Assembly (NCBI GenBank): GCA_000004985.1 | Contig: GG738918.1 | DNA from: Naegleria gruberi | Taxonomy: Eukaryota | Strand: one strand, 5' to 3' | DNA length: 64,000 nucleotides | Part shown: piece by piece, positions 53,071 to 64,000 of the stretch | Position numbering within the stretch: position 1 is the first letter of the stretch | Layout: each line of letters starts with the position of its first letter | Made by a program: the position numbers and the translations under genes | The notes under the pieces: generated by a model | Database searches by the model: none | Seen by the model: the letters and a program-made list of their open reading frames with translations, nothing else | Told to the model about the DNA's origin: nothing

Positions 53071-53963
53071 TTTGATGATGAACAATGCACAACTGCAAAA
53101 CTTTAAGCATAAAGAACAACAAGGTTTGAAGAATATTCTGACGGTTAGAGTTGTGTTTGTTTTTTTAAATTGAATTCATTCATCAAATGACCTCTTCTTG
53201 TTATTTAGGAAGGTAGGATAGTCTAAATGAGGATTCTTATCAAATGTTTTGAGATTTATCGCTATATACTTGATAAGGTTTTTTATAATTGAGATTAGTG
53301 GCCATTGTGCATGGCATTAAAATTCCCTCGTGAAAGTCAATTAGTTTATGTGAAAAGCAAAGAGTCACATTAAGAATCTTGTGATTCTCGAATATTGTTT
53401 ATTTGGAATGGTTATGGATACTGTTTGGATAATAGTATGTTACTCATGAAAGTTTGTTGTTTGGATGTCAACAATGGAAAAGATTATGAACTGAATAAGA
53501 TGAGAGATAAGAAATGATTCGAAGAATTCAGATTATTCTTCATGTTCATGCTGTGATCTCTAATTTCGATAAACATATATTTGATACAGGGCTCAATTTA
53601 ACAACTAGATTATGCAAACAACAATTGCATTTTGTTTTGCAGTATTCGATAAGCAATTGGTTGTGTTAATAACATCCAGTTTCCTTATTATTTGTGAGAA
53701 ATTTAAACTAATTCAATCTATTTGATTGAAGTGAACCTGGTGCTGGATTGATTGGTTTGATTCCAGGTTAACTGATCACTCAATTGAGATGCTTATGATT
53801 TTTCTGATCTAATTGAAGGTCCTCTCAATTATGCGCAATTCTTCCTTCTTTCTGTGCTCGGGTTTGAAAAATTATTAATAACCACAGCAACAGAAATTTA
53901 AAAAATCAAATTTAAAAAAATTTTCATCACCAACAACAACTTAATCTCGTCTCTTGCTTCAAA

Positions 53964-56900
53964 ATGATGGAAACTTCAACAGCAATAGCAACAACAGGAC
54001 AGGAGGTAGAGCTTGGATACAACTCTCAACTTCCATCTTTTGTTAGGGACGGTATCAAGGAGGAAATTTCTAATTGGAAGAATGAAATTATTGAAGGCTT
54101 TAAAAAAGTTGATGGATTATTGTTGAGTTCGGATGAAAAAGATGAAAATACGATCAAGCCTAAATGGTTTACTATTTTAAATTCATCTATCAAATTATTT
54201 CATAGATATATAACTAATACAAAGTATCCACTAAATGTTTCTGAAAGAGTAGTCATATTTGAACTTGCTCTTAATATTCTCATCAACAAGCAATTAGATT
54301 TATATTTGGAATTAAAAGCAAAGTTAGCTAATTTAATCATTATTTTGATGAAAAACAAGTACCATAAATTATTACAACAAAATATAAAACCAATCACTTG
54401 TTGGAAGAGATTATACGAAATGTTAAGAAGTGTTTATTTTACCAAGAATAGATGTATTAGTTATAATCCATCAGGATCTTTCGGAAAGTCTATTGTCAAA
54501 CTTGTTTGTAAATTGAGAAATAATTTTGCAAGTGAAACTACTGAGGAAGTTTTGAATGAATTTACCCCAAGACTCTATTTCAGGTATGTAAATCAAATTT
54601 TATGTCCAATAGTTTACCTTTAATACTAGTGACTCAGAGTTCTTTATTTCTCAAGCATTTTTATGCTTATTCTTGCCTTCCAATACTTCTGTTGAAGTTA
54701 TTGACAAGTGGTTCAATCAAGTATTGGCCATGTGGGATTGGAGATCAAATTCACCATTCTATGATTTAAATATTGTTTCTTTATTGTACAGATTGGTAAA
54801 AGACCAAGATGGTAAAATTGATTTCAAACCTCATTTAGATTTAATATTTACTAGAATGTTACGATCAATGGATTTAAACATTGGGTCTAATATTACAAGT
54901 AGCAGTGTTGCATCTGGTGTTGCAACTTCTAAACTTGCTAAAAATGTGCAAGGAGGATCACAAAACTCAACAGCTGGCATGATTCAAGTTTTAACAGCTG
55001 CCAGTGGATATTCATATCATAGCTATCCAAATAATAATTGTTCAATCTTCTGGAAATTGTCCGATTTGAAGAACTTGCTAATGCAATATAACTCTCAACT
55101 AATTTCATATTTATTACTATCATTCCCTACTGAAACTTTAACTTATTTAAGAAGATTATTCCAATCTATTGACCAATACTATTACCCAAGTAATAATGGT
55201 GAATGGTCTAGACCATTGAGTATTTTCATTTCAGAACTATTCCGTAATGTTTCTTTGAACACTAAAGAAAGTAGCAAAGATCTAGTGGTCAGTGACGACA
55301 CTATTGAAGAATTAATTAGAATAGTTTTCCCTTCATGTAAAATGGCTCTCTTCTCCAAGTCAGTTAAGGTTTCAAAGAATGCTATTCAAGCTATCAAACA
55401 TATTTGTTTTATTAGACCATCATGTATTGTACAGGAATTGTTTGAAATTGTTTTCCATGCTTTGCAAACTTTGACTGAAGTTCACCAAATCTCAGTTGCT
55501 TTGGAACTGTTAAATACCATTATTATACCATTATTGTACCATTCTATTCCAGAAGTTAAAGATTATATGGCTGATTTGTTGAATATGGCACTTTTGGGTA
55601 TCGATACAAACGATAGCCAAAAAACCTCTCTCACAATTTCCTTCTTGAACACTCTATTCTCAATTATGCCTATTATTTCCAACAACCAATTTGTTGAAGG
55701 AACTCCATACGTAGTTGAATTGTATCAAGATTTTGCTTTAGAGTTTGTGAGAAGAGTTTTGCATGTTATGGGCGAAATGACGACACACAAGGAAGAAAGT
55801 AAGGAACAAAAGGAAGTTTACAATCACTTGTCTAAATCAATTGTATTATTCTTCCAACAATTGTCTCCAAACTTGCACAAGCAATGTCTCAACAAGATAA
55901 TTTCCTATTTACAAGACGAGTTTAAACCTGCTGCTGTAAAGCAAATTGGTGAAATTGCTAATTGTTCCGTTAATTATTTCAATAATGGAGATGATACCTA
56001 TGATCCATTTGGATTGATGATGAACTCTCTTATTTCCAGAATCACTAATCAAAAAGGTGAATTGAAGGATTTACATGATAATGAAATGGATTACTATGTT
56101 CACTTGTTAGCTAAAGTTGTTAAGGGAAATAATCAAACATTCAAACATTGCGATAAGCTTTTGCAAATCTTGAAGCTCACTTGGAATTCTGAATCCAAAT
56201 CCATTGTTAAATCATCTGGCAAACTTTTGAAGAATATTTTGCAAAGTTTAACAACAGTTTACATTTTAGAAAAGAGAAGTGTACCTCCAAATGTTTGGCG
56301 TAGTGAAGATTTCCAAAAGAACCACTTTAAATATTGGGGTCAGCTCTACAATTCCAAGAATGTTGATGCTCAATGGCACGTTCCGAATGAATCTGAACTT
56401 GAAAAGGCAACCACTATTTTCAATGATTATTCAAGGGAGTGCTTTACCACTATCAAGAATGCTACAACCAATCAGGTTACTAGAGATCAATTGCTCAATG
56501 CCTTGTTGAAGGCTAAATATATTCTCAAGGGTGCCTCTTTAATGTTAGATGAAATTAGAGATGGTCAACTTCCAGAATATACCAAACAAATTGTCAAAGA
56601 TTTCTCAAACACCAATGCTGGTTGTATTGTTATTCCGAATGACAAGTTGGAATTCACCAGAAACGACATACTTGTATTATTACAAAAATTATTGGCTGAC
56701 TTTGTTCAAAATCAATCAGTTACCAGTGACGACTCAAAGAAGAATGATGTTAGAGTCTTGATTGCGTTAACCAAGGCTATTCATATTTGTGCTGCCTATA
56801 GAAGTTTGAGCTTTACTAAAATGGTGAATATGGCAAAGATTTGGTCACTTTTGAAGCTTCACTTCTTTAAGAGTACTGTCAAGAAGTTGTTCCCAAGATG

Positions 56901-59649
56901 TTTCATCTTGGATAGATGCCAAATGTTATTCATTTCAAGAGTTTTCCAAAGAACTATTCCATGTACACAAGTTCACTTGGATGCCTTGGAAAGCTTGAAA
57001 ATTCTCTCTACCAGTTGTGAATATGCCAAAGTAAGATCAAGAGCACAAACATCTTTCATTGGAATTTTGAAGTTGTTTAACAATTCTACATTCGAAAAGT
57101 TTGTTACACCAATTATTGAAACACTTTCAAATAGGGATTCTACACATGCTATGATTAATGGTTCCATTTTCCTTTTGGAAAAGTCTTCAGTTATTAGAAG
57201 AGTAACAGATAGTTGGGTTTTAATTTCTAAACTCCTTCCATCGATCTGTAATTGTTACCATGTCGACAAATCATCAATCCAGAAGAGATTGTATGGACTC
57301 TATATGCAATATAGCACAGCATTCAAAGAGTTACCAATTAATAATCAAAAGACATTGCAATACTATAATGATACAGTGAACAGCTTGGTTAATTTATCAT
57401 ACCAACTATCACAATCATTATTCTGGAACTATCAATTGATTACTATTTCATGCTTGAATTTATTGATTCGTTCTGATAAGTCAATTATTTTACCTATTGA
57501 AGCAATCAAATGTTTCATGAATAATCTTGTCAGTGATCATGTACCGCTCAGATTACTGTGTATGAAGGCATTAGATTTTATTTTCACTCAATATAAGCCT
57601 ATTCAACCTAGAATTGAAATTACTGATTCAACACAAATCGAAAAGGTTGCTAGACATCACAAAGCTAGTGCTACCATTCAAGATATTGCTACCCAAGAAG
57701 AATTTGAAAAGACCTTGTTCCTTGACAAGTATTATATTGGCTGGAATGCTATGCCAAAGAGTATGGTCACCTATGATTACACTAAGGAAAGAATTTTCAA
57801 AGATGAAACTGTGCAATTACAACAACTGATTCGTAACACCATGTTCCAAGAAGAATATCTTTCCAAAGTGTTTTCATACTTCTCAGATGATACAAATGGA
57901 CAATCTAACAATAGAGCATTCACTAAAGCTCACGCTCAAATGTTCAAAGGTTTCTTCCAAATTATGGGAATTGAAGGTTTGAAGGTTATTGAAAAACATT
58001 TTGAACATTTGCTTTCAGCTTCTGGCACTGGTAATGCTGACGAATTTTCAAAGATTTGTTTTGCTTCTGAAATATTTGCAGGTGTTTGCAGAGGAAGCAA
58101 ACATTGGAAATTTAATGACAGAAAACAAGCTCAAGACTACTTGTTCGAAAAGATTTCAACTGTAATTGATTCTTGTTCACCTCAATGTATTGAAAGTGGT
58201 TTGAGATCATCCTTCCATTTCTGCATGTTTGATGCTGACGGCAGAAGAACCAAGCCATTGGTAGACTTCCTAACTGGAAAAGTTAACTTGGATTATGGTC
58301 TTGCTGCTGTTCAAATGAAGGTATTACAGTTGGTATTCTTCACCCTCGCCGAACTTGATTGGAGACTTGTTAAACTTTTGGAAAATTTCATTGAAGAAAA
58401 GCTTTTTAACCATCTCTCACATCCATACCAACAAATCAGAGAGCTTATTGCAAGAAATGTATCTCTTGTATTTTTGAAGTCTTGGAATCCTGTTAGAGAT
58501 GAAAACTATTTGCCAAAGTCACCATCCAGTGGAGGTCAACAAAGTCTATTTGCCCAATTCTTGAATGAATTAATCTCCAACAATGCTACTAAATTCAATA
58601 TGGATGAGAATGGATTGCTTTCTCTTCCAAGTAATATTTTCAATATTGTACAAACAGATATGAACAGATCAGAATTTATCCAAAACAAACTCATTCCAAA
58701 ATTGCAAACAGAATTCAGCAAACTCTATCAAGAATATACTCAAAAATTGTCTGAAAAATCTGCCGAACAATCACACAAGACAAAACCATCTCAAGAAGAA
58801 ATGACATTCAAATCACTTTGTAAGACAATTATTGAATCCATTGGAACTTCGATGATGTTTGGAATTACTGTCACCCTACCTTACTTTAATTCAATTCTCC
58901 CACTTTTCTTGCAATGCTTCACATGCTCAAATGATACTGACATTACTATTAGTGCTTCAGGAATTATTGCAAGAATTGGTGCATTCTTAATTCCTGCCTT
59001 TATGGTCAAGGAATTATTGTACAGTTTAATGTTTATTCAAAAGTTGCTCATGACCAATCAAGCCAACACCTCAAGTAGAAAGGCCAGATTAGTTCTTTGT
59101 TTCTTCCTTCAAAAGTTTGCCTTTAAACATCAATTCTTTATTTTAGGAACCTCAGCTGAGAATGATTTCTATAACCATTTACTCTTGTTGCTCAAGGATA
59201 AGACTGTTGAAGTTAAGGATATGGCATGCAACACATTGGCTGGTTTCATCAAAATTGCATCCGATGATAGAGTTGAAATTATCAATGCTCATTTCTCTGC
59301 CGAACATCAAAAGCATTTTGCCACTAAAAAGTCAGGCAACGTTGAACAAATTCAAAAGTTGGACGCAAACTATGTTTCTGTTGGTTTGAGTGCTTTGGCT
59401 AAAGCTTTCCCATACAGCATTCCACCATTTGTTCCACAAGTACTTGTGAAATTATCAAGATTCAGTTCTTATCAAAAATCGGAACAAGAAACTGTTGATA
59501 TTCAATTCTTGAGTGATACTATTAAGAATACTTTTACTCAATTCATGAAGACTCACCACGAACAATGGGAAGAACACAAAAAACAATTCACAGAAGATGA
59601 GCTCTACACTGTTAATCAACTTTTATATTCACCAGTTTATTATGCTTAA
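53964..59649 (+). CDS. psme4: Proteasome activator PA200/Blm10 (PSME4) homologue of about 1880 aa. It has two exons, with a 46-nt intron at 54584-54629.
   Basis: It is a HEAT-like solenoid of the right size and ends with the ...SPVYYA-stop motif characteristic of Blm10/PA200. GTATGT...ATACTAG splicing joins ORFs 53964..54623 and 54673..59649 in frame (...TPRLYF-S-DSEFFISQAF...). Confidence 0.7.
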
Positions 59650-61802
59650 ATTTGTAGTGAAGAAAGTATTTTCGAAACTGTTGGATGACCTAATAAAATC
59701 AAATACATAAATTCTCTATTTCCACTTGTGAATTGAGGTAAACGAGTGCCAACTTTCTTTGCAAGTGATTGTAAAATGGAGGCACACTTCTTTTGGAATT
59801 TGAGAGAATCGCAACCCTTCTTGCTTTCGTCCACCATATTACTATCATCAGTTGGAGTCTCCGTTGAGAAACAGCCATCATAGCCATCATATATTTCTTC
59901 AATATCATTCTTTTCATCATAATCTTCAGCATCTTCGAATAAACTTTCTGATTGTTTCATAAATATGTTCAATTCACCTCCTTCTACATTCTTATCTTTT
60001 TCATTCTCTTTCACTTGTTGTAAAATTAAATAAGGATATTGCTCTATTCTATTGTACAAGTTTGATTTCCAAACTATCAGTGTAATTAATTTATCTATAC
60101 ATCCATTACAAGCACTAATAGTTTCCAATAATTGTGTATTGTTTGTAAACTCGACTAATTTAGATAAAAAGTTGATTGAACTCATTCTACAGAGAAGTTC
60201 AATATCTGTGAGCCTAGAAGTAAGTGATTTTTGTTTTTGTTTCTCAACAGTTTGAATTTCTTCCTTGTTTTCATTAGTTTCATCCTCGTCTTCAGGTTCG
60301 CCTTCAACTTTTTCCTCTTCATAATCAATTTGGTTTTCAGACTTGATAAATGCTGGAGATTGTAAAAACCCAATAATAGTTTCAATAATTTTAGGGTTGT
60401 TTTGTAAAACATTTTCAATAGTAGATAAATTATTCTTGCCCTTTAAAACATAATTTAAAGTCTCCAAGCAACTGGCAGAAAGTAGCATGGAATCGTTTTC
60501 CTTAGAGTCCAATGTATTAGAAATAAATCTTGCAAGAATATCATTTGCAGAAAAGTCTACAAACTCTGATACATTGATGATAATGTCTACTAATCTTAAT
60601 CTCCATTCCATATGTAAAATATCATTAATATTGTTTCTCAAAAAGAATACAAGTATGTCCATAAGAGAATTTGATTTTCCAATAGAAGGTTGATTGTCAG
60701 GGAGAAAAGAGGCATTTCTTAATAGGGTTATAACCATGAAGGCCTTGTGTTGAGATTCCAAATATTCTTGATTTTTTAAATTGAAGATATCTCCATCCTC
60801 CATAGCATTTTGTTTTTCGACTTGAGTTGCGTAGTCCAATAAATATTCTTCACAAACATCAACCAAAGTAGGAATATGATGACATCTGAATGTTTCAAAT
60901 TGAGACAATCTAAGAACTTGATAAAGAGCCCATTCCTTCAAATTTTGATCCTCAGATTTGAATCCACAATCAATTCTTCTGGCATATTCTATTTCCTTCA
61001 GTATATTTTCATCAGTGACATCTGCTCTATTAAAGAACCCGTCGCTATAATGCTCAAAAGCACCAGCAAGAGACTGTATAGTCAGAACGCTATGATCATG
61101 TTCAGCTTGCTTTCGATTATTTAAAGCATGCTGGTTAGATTGAAGTAATGAGTGGAAATTTAAAATTGAATTTGAAGGTTTCTTTCTAACTTCTCTTTCA
61201 ATCTTTCTAGATTTTGGTGCCATTGAAGATGTTGATGGTGGAGGTCTCTTTTTTGGTGCAGCTATTTTCTTGACAGTGGTTGTTCCAGATGCTTGTTGTT
61301 TTTGTTGTTCAAGTACGTGTGGTGTTTGTTTTTGAATCGGATCAGCCTTTCCTAACTTCATCACTTGTTCAAAAGAGTACAACCACTTTTGATAGTACAT
61401 CTTTAAACTGTATGATGCACTGGTACAAGTCTTAGGTACTTGATAGGAATCTCTCACTTCAGTCCATTGTTTATTCTCACAAACAGCCTCATAGCCTCCT
61501 CTTCCCCACACCTGAAGCCATAATTTATAAACATTCAATCGACGACCTCCAAGTTGTGGCAAGTTATCGTGAGGGATCGGAGTACCTCTCTTTTCCATAA
61601 ATTCGTTAACCTCCCTATAGAATTTATCCCTCTCTTCTGCGTCCACATCTTCATTATCACCAAATGCGTCTTCCTCTTCTTCCTCCTCTAATACTGATTT
61701 CTTTTTTCTTGGCATTTTTTTTTTAAAATTAAAATTAAAATTCGTGATGACGGAAGAAATTATTTGATGAAGAAAAATTGTTACCGACTTTTTATTCTTC
61801 AA
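59646..61802 (-). CDS. ARID/BRIGHT DNA-binding domain protein (probable chromatin-remodelling subunit).
   Basis: The ARID domain reads ERDKFYREVNEFMEKRGTPIPHDNLPQLGGRRLNVYKLWLQVWGRGGYEAVCENKQWTEV..YYQKWLYSFEQ. The probable start is MPRKKK (about 61715), since the ORF-track start is a TTG. An ARM/HEAT-like C-terminus follows. Confidence 0.65.
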   Translation of the reverse strand: MKNKKSVTIFLHQIISSVITNFNFNFKKKMPRKKKSVLEEEEEEDAFGDNEDVDAEERDKFYREVNEFMEKRGTPIPHDNLPQLGGRRLNVYKLWLQVWGRGGYEAVCENKQWTEVRDSYQVPKTCTSASYSLKMYYQKWLYSFEQVMKLGKADPIQKQTPHVLEQQKQQASGTTTVKKIAAPKKRPPPSTSSMAPKSRKIEREVRKKPSNSILNFHSLLQSNQHALNNRKQAEHDHSVLTIQSLAGAFEHYSDGFFNRADVTDENILKEIEYARRIDCGFKSEDQNLKEWALYQVLRLSQFETFRCHHIPTLVDVCEEYLLDYATQVEKQNAMEDGDIFNLKNQEYLESQHKAFMVITLLRNASFLPDNQPSIGKSNSLMDILVFFLRNNINDILHMEWRLRLVDIIINVSEFVDFSANDILARFISNTLDSKENDSMLLSASCLETLNYVLKGKNNLSTIENVLQNNPKIIETIIGFLQSPAFIKSENQIDYEEEKVEGEPEDEDETNENKEEIQTVEKQKQKSLTSRLTDIELLCRMSSINFLSKLVEFTNNTQLLETISACNGCIDKLITLIVWKSNLYNRIEQYPYLILQQVKENEKDKNVEGGELNIFMKQSESLFEDAEDYDEKNDIEEIYDGYDGCFSTETPTDDSNMVDESKKGCDSLKFQKKCASILQSLAKKVGTRLPQFTSGNREFMYLILLGHPTVSKILSSLQI

Positions 61803-61818
61803 TTTTATATTAAAAGCA

Positions 61819-62289
61819 ATGACAAGTAGTAGTGGTTTTTTAACGTTTTTATTGTCCTCGGTGGCTCAGTTTGTTATGAATGCTCATACTTCTCAAGTGG
61901 CACAGGCTACTACAACAACTTCATCTTCAACTGTTGATTCATTGTTATCGGGAAAGATGATCATGAACAGCAATAATACTGATGTTCAGCCGTTTGTTGA
62001 GTGTGCTGCCAAGCCTTTCCGAAAGCCTAATATCATTAAATCATTATCAATTGATAATCATCAAAACAATGTAAATAATAGAACAAGACAACATAATAAT
62101 CATCAACACAACACTCGAGTTAATACTAATAATAATAACTATCATGGAAGTATGGGAATTATAGAAATGAAAGGACACAATAATCCAATGGAACTATCAA
62201 CACAACATTTAGAATCAACACTTCCATTCCTTCACGAACAAGCAAACATTTTAAATACAATTCTTCAGAATAGAAATGGAAATTTGTAA
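61819..62289 (+). CDS. Hypothetical N/T/H-rich low-complexity protein.
   Basis: It is an ORF with an ATG start. Its composition is typical of low-complexity proteins in AT-rich protists. Support is weak. Confidence 0.25.
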   Translation: MTSSSGFLTFLLSSVAQFVMNAHTSQVAQATTTTSSSTVDSLLSGKMIMNSNNTDVQPFVECAAKPFRKPNIIKSLSIDNHQNNVNNRTRQHNNHQHNTRVNTNNNNYHGSMGIIEMKGHNNPMELSTQHLESTLPFLHEQANILNTILQNRNGNL

Positions 62290-62296
62290 TGTTTAA

Positions 62297-63727
62297 TTAC
62301 ATTAATTGGTTGTACAGACTGGAAACGTAATGCATTGGACCAAGTGGTGGATGAGGAGCATGTGTAAATTGAGTAAAGTTTGGTTTCATATCTGAACCAT
62401 TGAATCTAATGAAAGCACCCTTGTTACCAACAGAGTCACAATAATTTGGTGCAGAGAAGATAGTTATCAGTCTATTGTTTGCTTCAACTTCATAACCTGC
62501 CATCTTGACTTCGTGAGATCTAATCAATAATTCGAGACCATTGTCATCCAAAAATTTCTTTGTGACATCAGGACCAAATACTCTTGAAACACCTCTCTTA
62601 TTGAGTCCGAGCCCATTGAGTTTTTGTGGATCAGACCAAAGAATGTCGCACATTAAACCATCTTCTGGAATATCTCTCATTCTATCAATATTTTCAATAT
62701 CTTGAAGTGTAACACCTGGTTCCTTAAATCCTATACCACCGTGTAAAACAAGTACCTTACTATTAATAACACAAGCCAATGGAAGATAATTGAAAACTTC
62801 TTGGAAGAGTTCATAAACTTCACCATTGTACTTCTTGACAGTTTCAGCTTCAAATCCATAAATTTGGTTAAGATGACGACTTTCGTGATTACCTCTAGTC
62901 AAATACATGCATTCAGGATCATGTAACTTGTATGCCAATAAAGTGAAAATAACTTCACATGAGAATGAACCTCTATCAACAAAATCACCATTGAATAAAA
63001 ATGGATTTTCCTTTGATGGTCTTCCATTCAATTCGAAAATCTTTAAAAGATCATAATATTGACCATGAGTATCACCACAAACTGTAATATGTCTATCTTC
63101 TGGAACATTAATACGGAAGAGTGATTTTTCATTCTTCAATAATTTGCTAGCCATGACAAGAATTTCCATAGCATACTTGATGTGAATTTTCTTTTGATTC
63201 TTAAATCTTTCAACCATATCTTCAACAAATTCCTTTGTAATAACTTCACCTAATCTTACACCATCATATGATTCTTCAACATCAATTACGTTATAGTTAA
63301 TTTCTTCGGAAATATGAGTTTTTGTACCACCAATAGCTTCCATAAATTTCTGATGTTTCAACTCCTTTTTACATTGAGCAACTCTTTCTTTAATTAATTT
63401 ATCATTAGGATGAAGTTTAAGAGCATCATTAAAATCTGTTAAAGCATCTTCCAATTTGGATAAACCAATATGGGCCATTCCGCGTCTATAGTAAGCCTTT
63501 GTGTTTTGTGGATCAAGGCTGATAGCCTTTGCAGCATCATCAAGAGCTGCTCCGTAATTTTCCAAGTGAGTATTGGAAAGAGCACGATTACAATAGAAAA
63601 CAGCATCTTCATAAAGTTCTATAGCCTTTGTATAATAATCAATACTCTCCTCATACTTTTTCTCTTTGAAAAATTGATTTCCTTTAGCTTTAAATTCTTC
63701 AGCAGCTTGTTTTTTTGATTCCTCCAT
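62297..63727 (-). CDS. ppp5: Serine/threonine protein phosphatase 5 (TPR repeats plus a PPP catalytic domain).
   Basis: There are three N-terminal TPRs (AEEFKAKGNQFFKEKKYEESIDYYTKAIEL...). The PPP motifs read GDTHGQ, GDFVDRG, GNHE, HGG, RG and H. The C-terminal alphaJ helix is present. Confidence 0.9.
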   Translation of the reverse strand: MEESKKQAAEEFKAKGNQFFKEKKYEESIDYYTKAIELYEDAVFYCNRALSNTHLENYGAALDDAAKAISLDPQNTKAYYRRGMAHIGLSKLEDALTDFNDALKLHPNDKLIKERVAQCKKELKHQKFMEAIGGTKTHISEEINYNVIDVEESYDGVRLGEVITKEFVEDMVERFKNQKKIHIKYAMEILVMASKLLKNEKSLFRINVPEDRHITVCGDTHGQYYDLLKIFELNGRPSKENPFLFNGDFVDRGSFSCEVIFTLLAYKLHDPECMYLTRGNHESRHLNQIYGFEAETVKKYNGEVYELFQEVFNYLPLACVINSKVLVLHGGIGFKEPGVTLQDIENIDRMRDIPEDGLMCDILWSDPQKLNGLGLNKRGVSRVFGPDVTKKFLDDNGLELLIRSHEVKMAGYEVEANNRLITIFSAPNYCDSVGNKGAFIRFNGSDMKPNFTQFTHAPHPPLGPMHYVSSLYNQLM

Positions 63728-64000
63728 TTGTATTATAACTGTTTATTGCACTATTAACACAACAATTAAATGATGATGATGATGACGACGAATATATTCT
63801 CTCTGAAAAAAACAGCACTGCTCCGAGGTTTTCTTACGACGCCGCCGAGAAGATGATGGTGTTTGTATTTTTTTTGTTTCAAAAATCCAATAAATTGTTT
63901 TTATTGTTTTTTCTTAAATTTTTATTACTCCTCTCCGTGATGAAGATAACAACAACGTAGAGATGACATTAAGTAGTGTTACCATAATATAATGGATTAG

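Noticed and set aside
1-64000. CRISPR arrays, restriction-modification, toxin-antitoxin or other prokaryotic defence-island content
   Set aside because: The window is unmistakably eukaryotic, with spliceosomal introns, a nuclear-type 5S rRNA gene, and eukaryote-only genes (vps11, uba3, PA200, PP5, eL42). There are no direct-repeat/spacer arrays and no operon-like gene packing.

Overview
This window is eukaryotic, AT-rich (about 65-70% AT), gene-dense chromosomal DNA. Codon bias favours A/T third positions, there are poly-N/Q/T/S tracts, introns are frequent and short (40-150 nt, GTAAGT/GTATGT...AG), and a nuclear-type 5S rRNA gene is followed by a T5 run. This fits an amoebozoan (social-amoeba-like) or similar protist nuclear genome; the lineage is my inference, not something I could verify. 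There is no CRISPR array, no prokaryotic operon structure and no bacterial defence island.

I can support about 35 protein-coding genes on both strands. Conserved genes include uba3 (NEDD8 E1), vps11, a Rogdi homologue, eL42/rpl36a, pyruvate dehydrogenase kinase, serine/threonine phosphatase PP5, proteasome activator PA200/Blm10, a CTNNBL1-like protein, a DJ-1/PfpI protein, an LCAT-like phospholipase, a cytochrome P450 and a GST.

Lineage-specific or more interesting genes include two paralogous 7TM-RGS receptors, a receptor adenylyl cyclase with a Cache-like ectodomain, a divergent HSPA12-like pseudo-ATPase lying convergent to a large Cid1/GLD2-like nucleotidyltransferase-fold protein, a bacterial-type FAD-oxidoreductase/Rieske fusion (YhfW-like), and a truncated XRN-core/dsRBD fusion at the window edge. 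There are also a DUF4116 repeat protein, a DUF4291 protein, an HRD-to-HRS kinase, an F-box/LRR protein and an ARID protein.

Non-coding structures worth a second look are a 20-bp perfect terminal inverted repeat pair enclosing a ~1 kb element with TGTGAATGA repeats, a 17-bp-stem hairpin between convergent genes, GATC-palindrome clusters in a 1.3 kb divergent promoter, a histone H3 N-tail relic, and a stand-alone ORF resembling the base of the dynein stalk.

Two cautions about the supplied ORF track. Many of its 'M' starts are actually TTG codons. It also splits intron-containing genes into separate ORFs. I re-joined several genes by hand and state the splice sites in the evidence fields.
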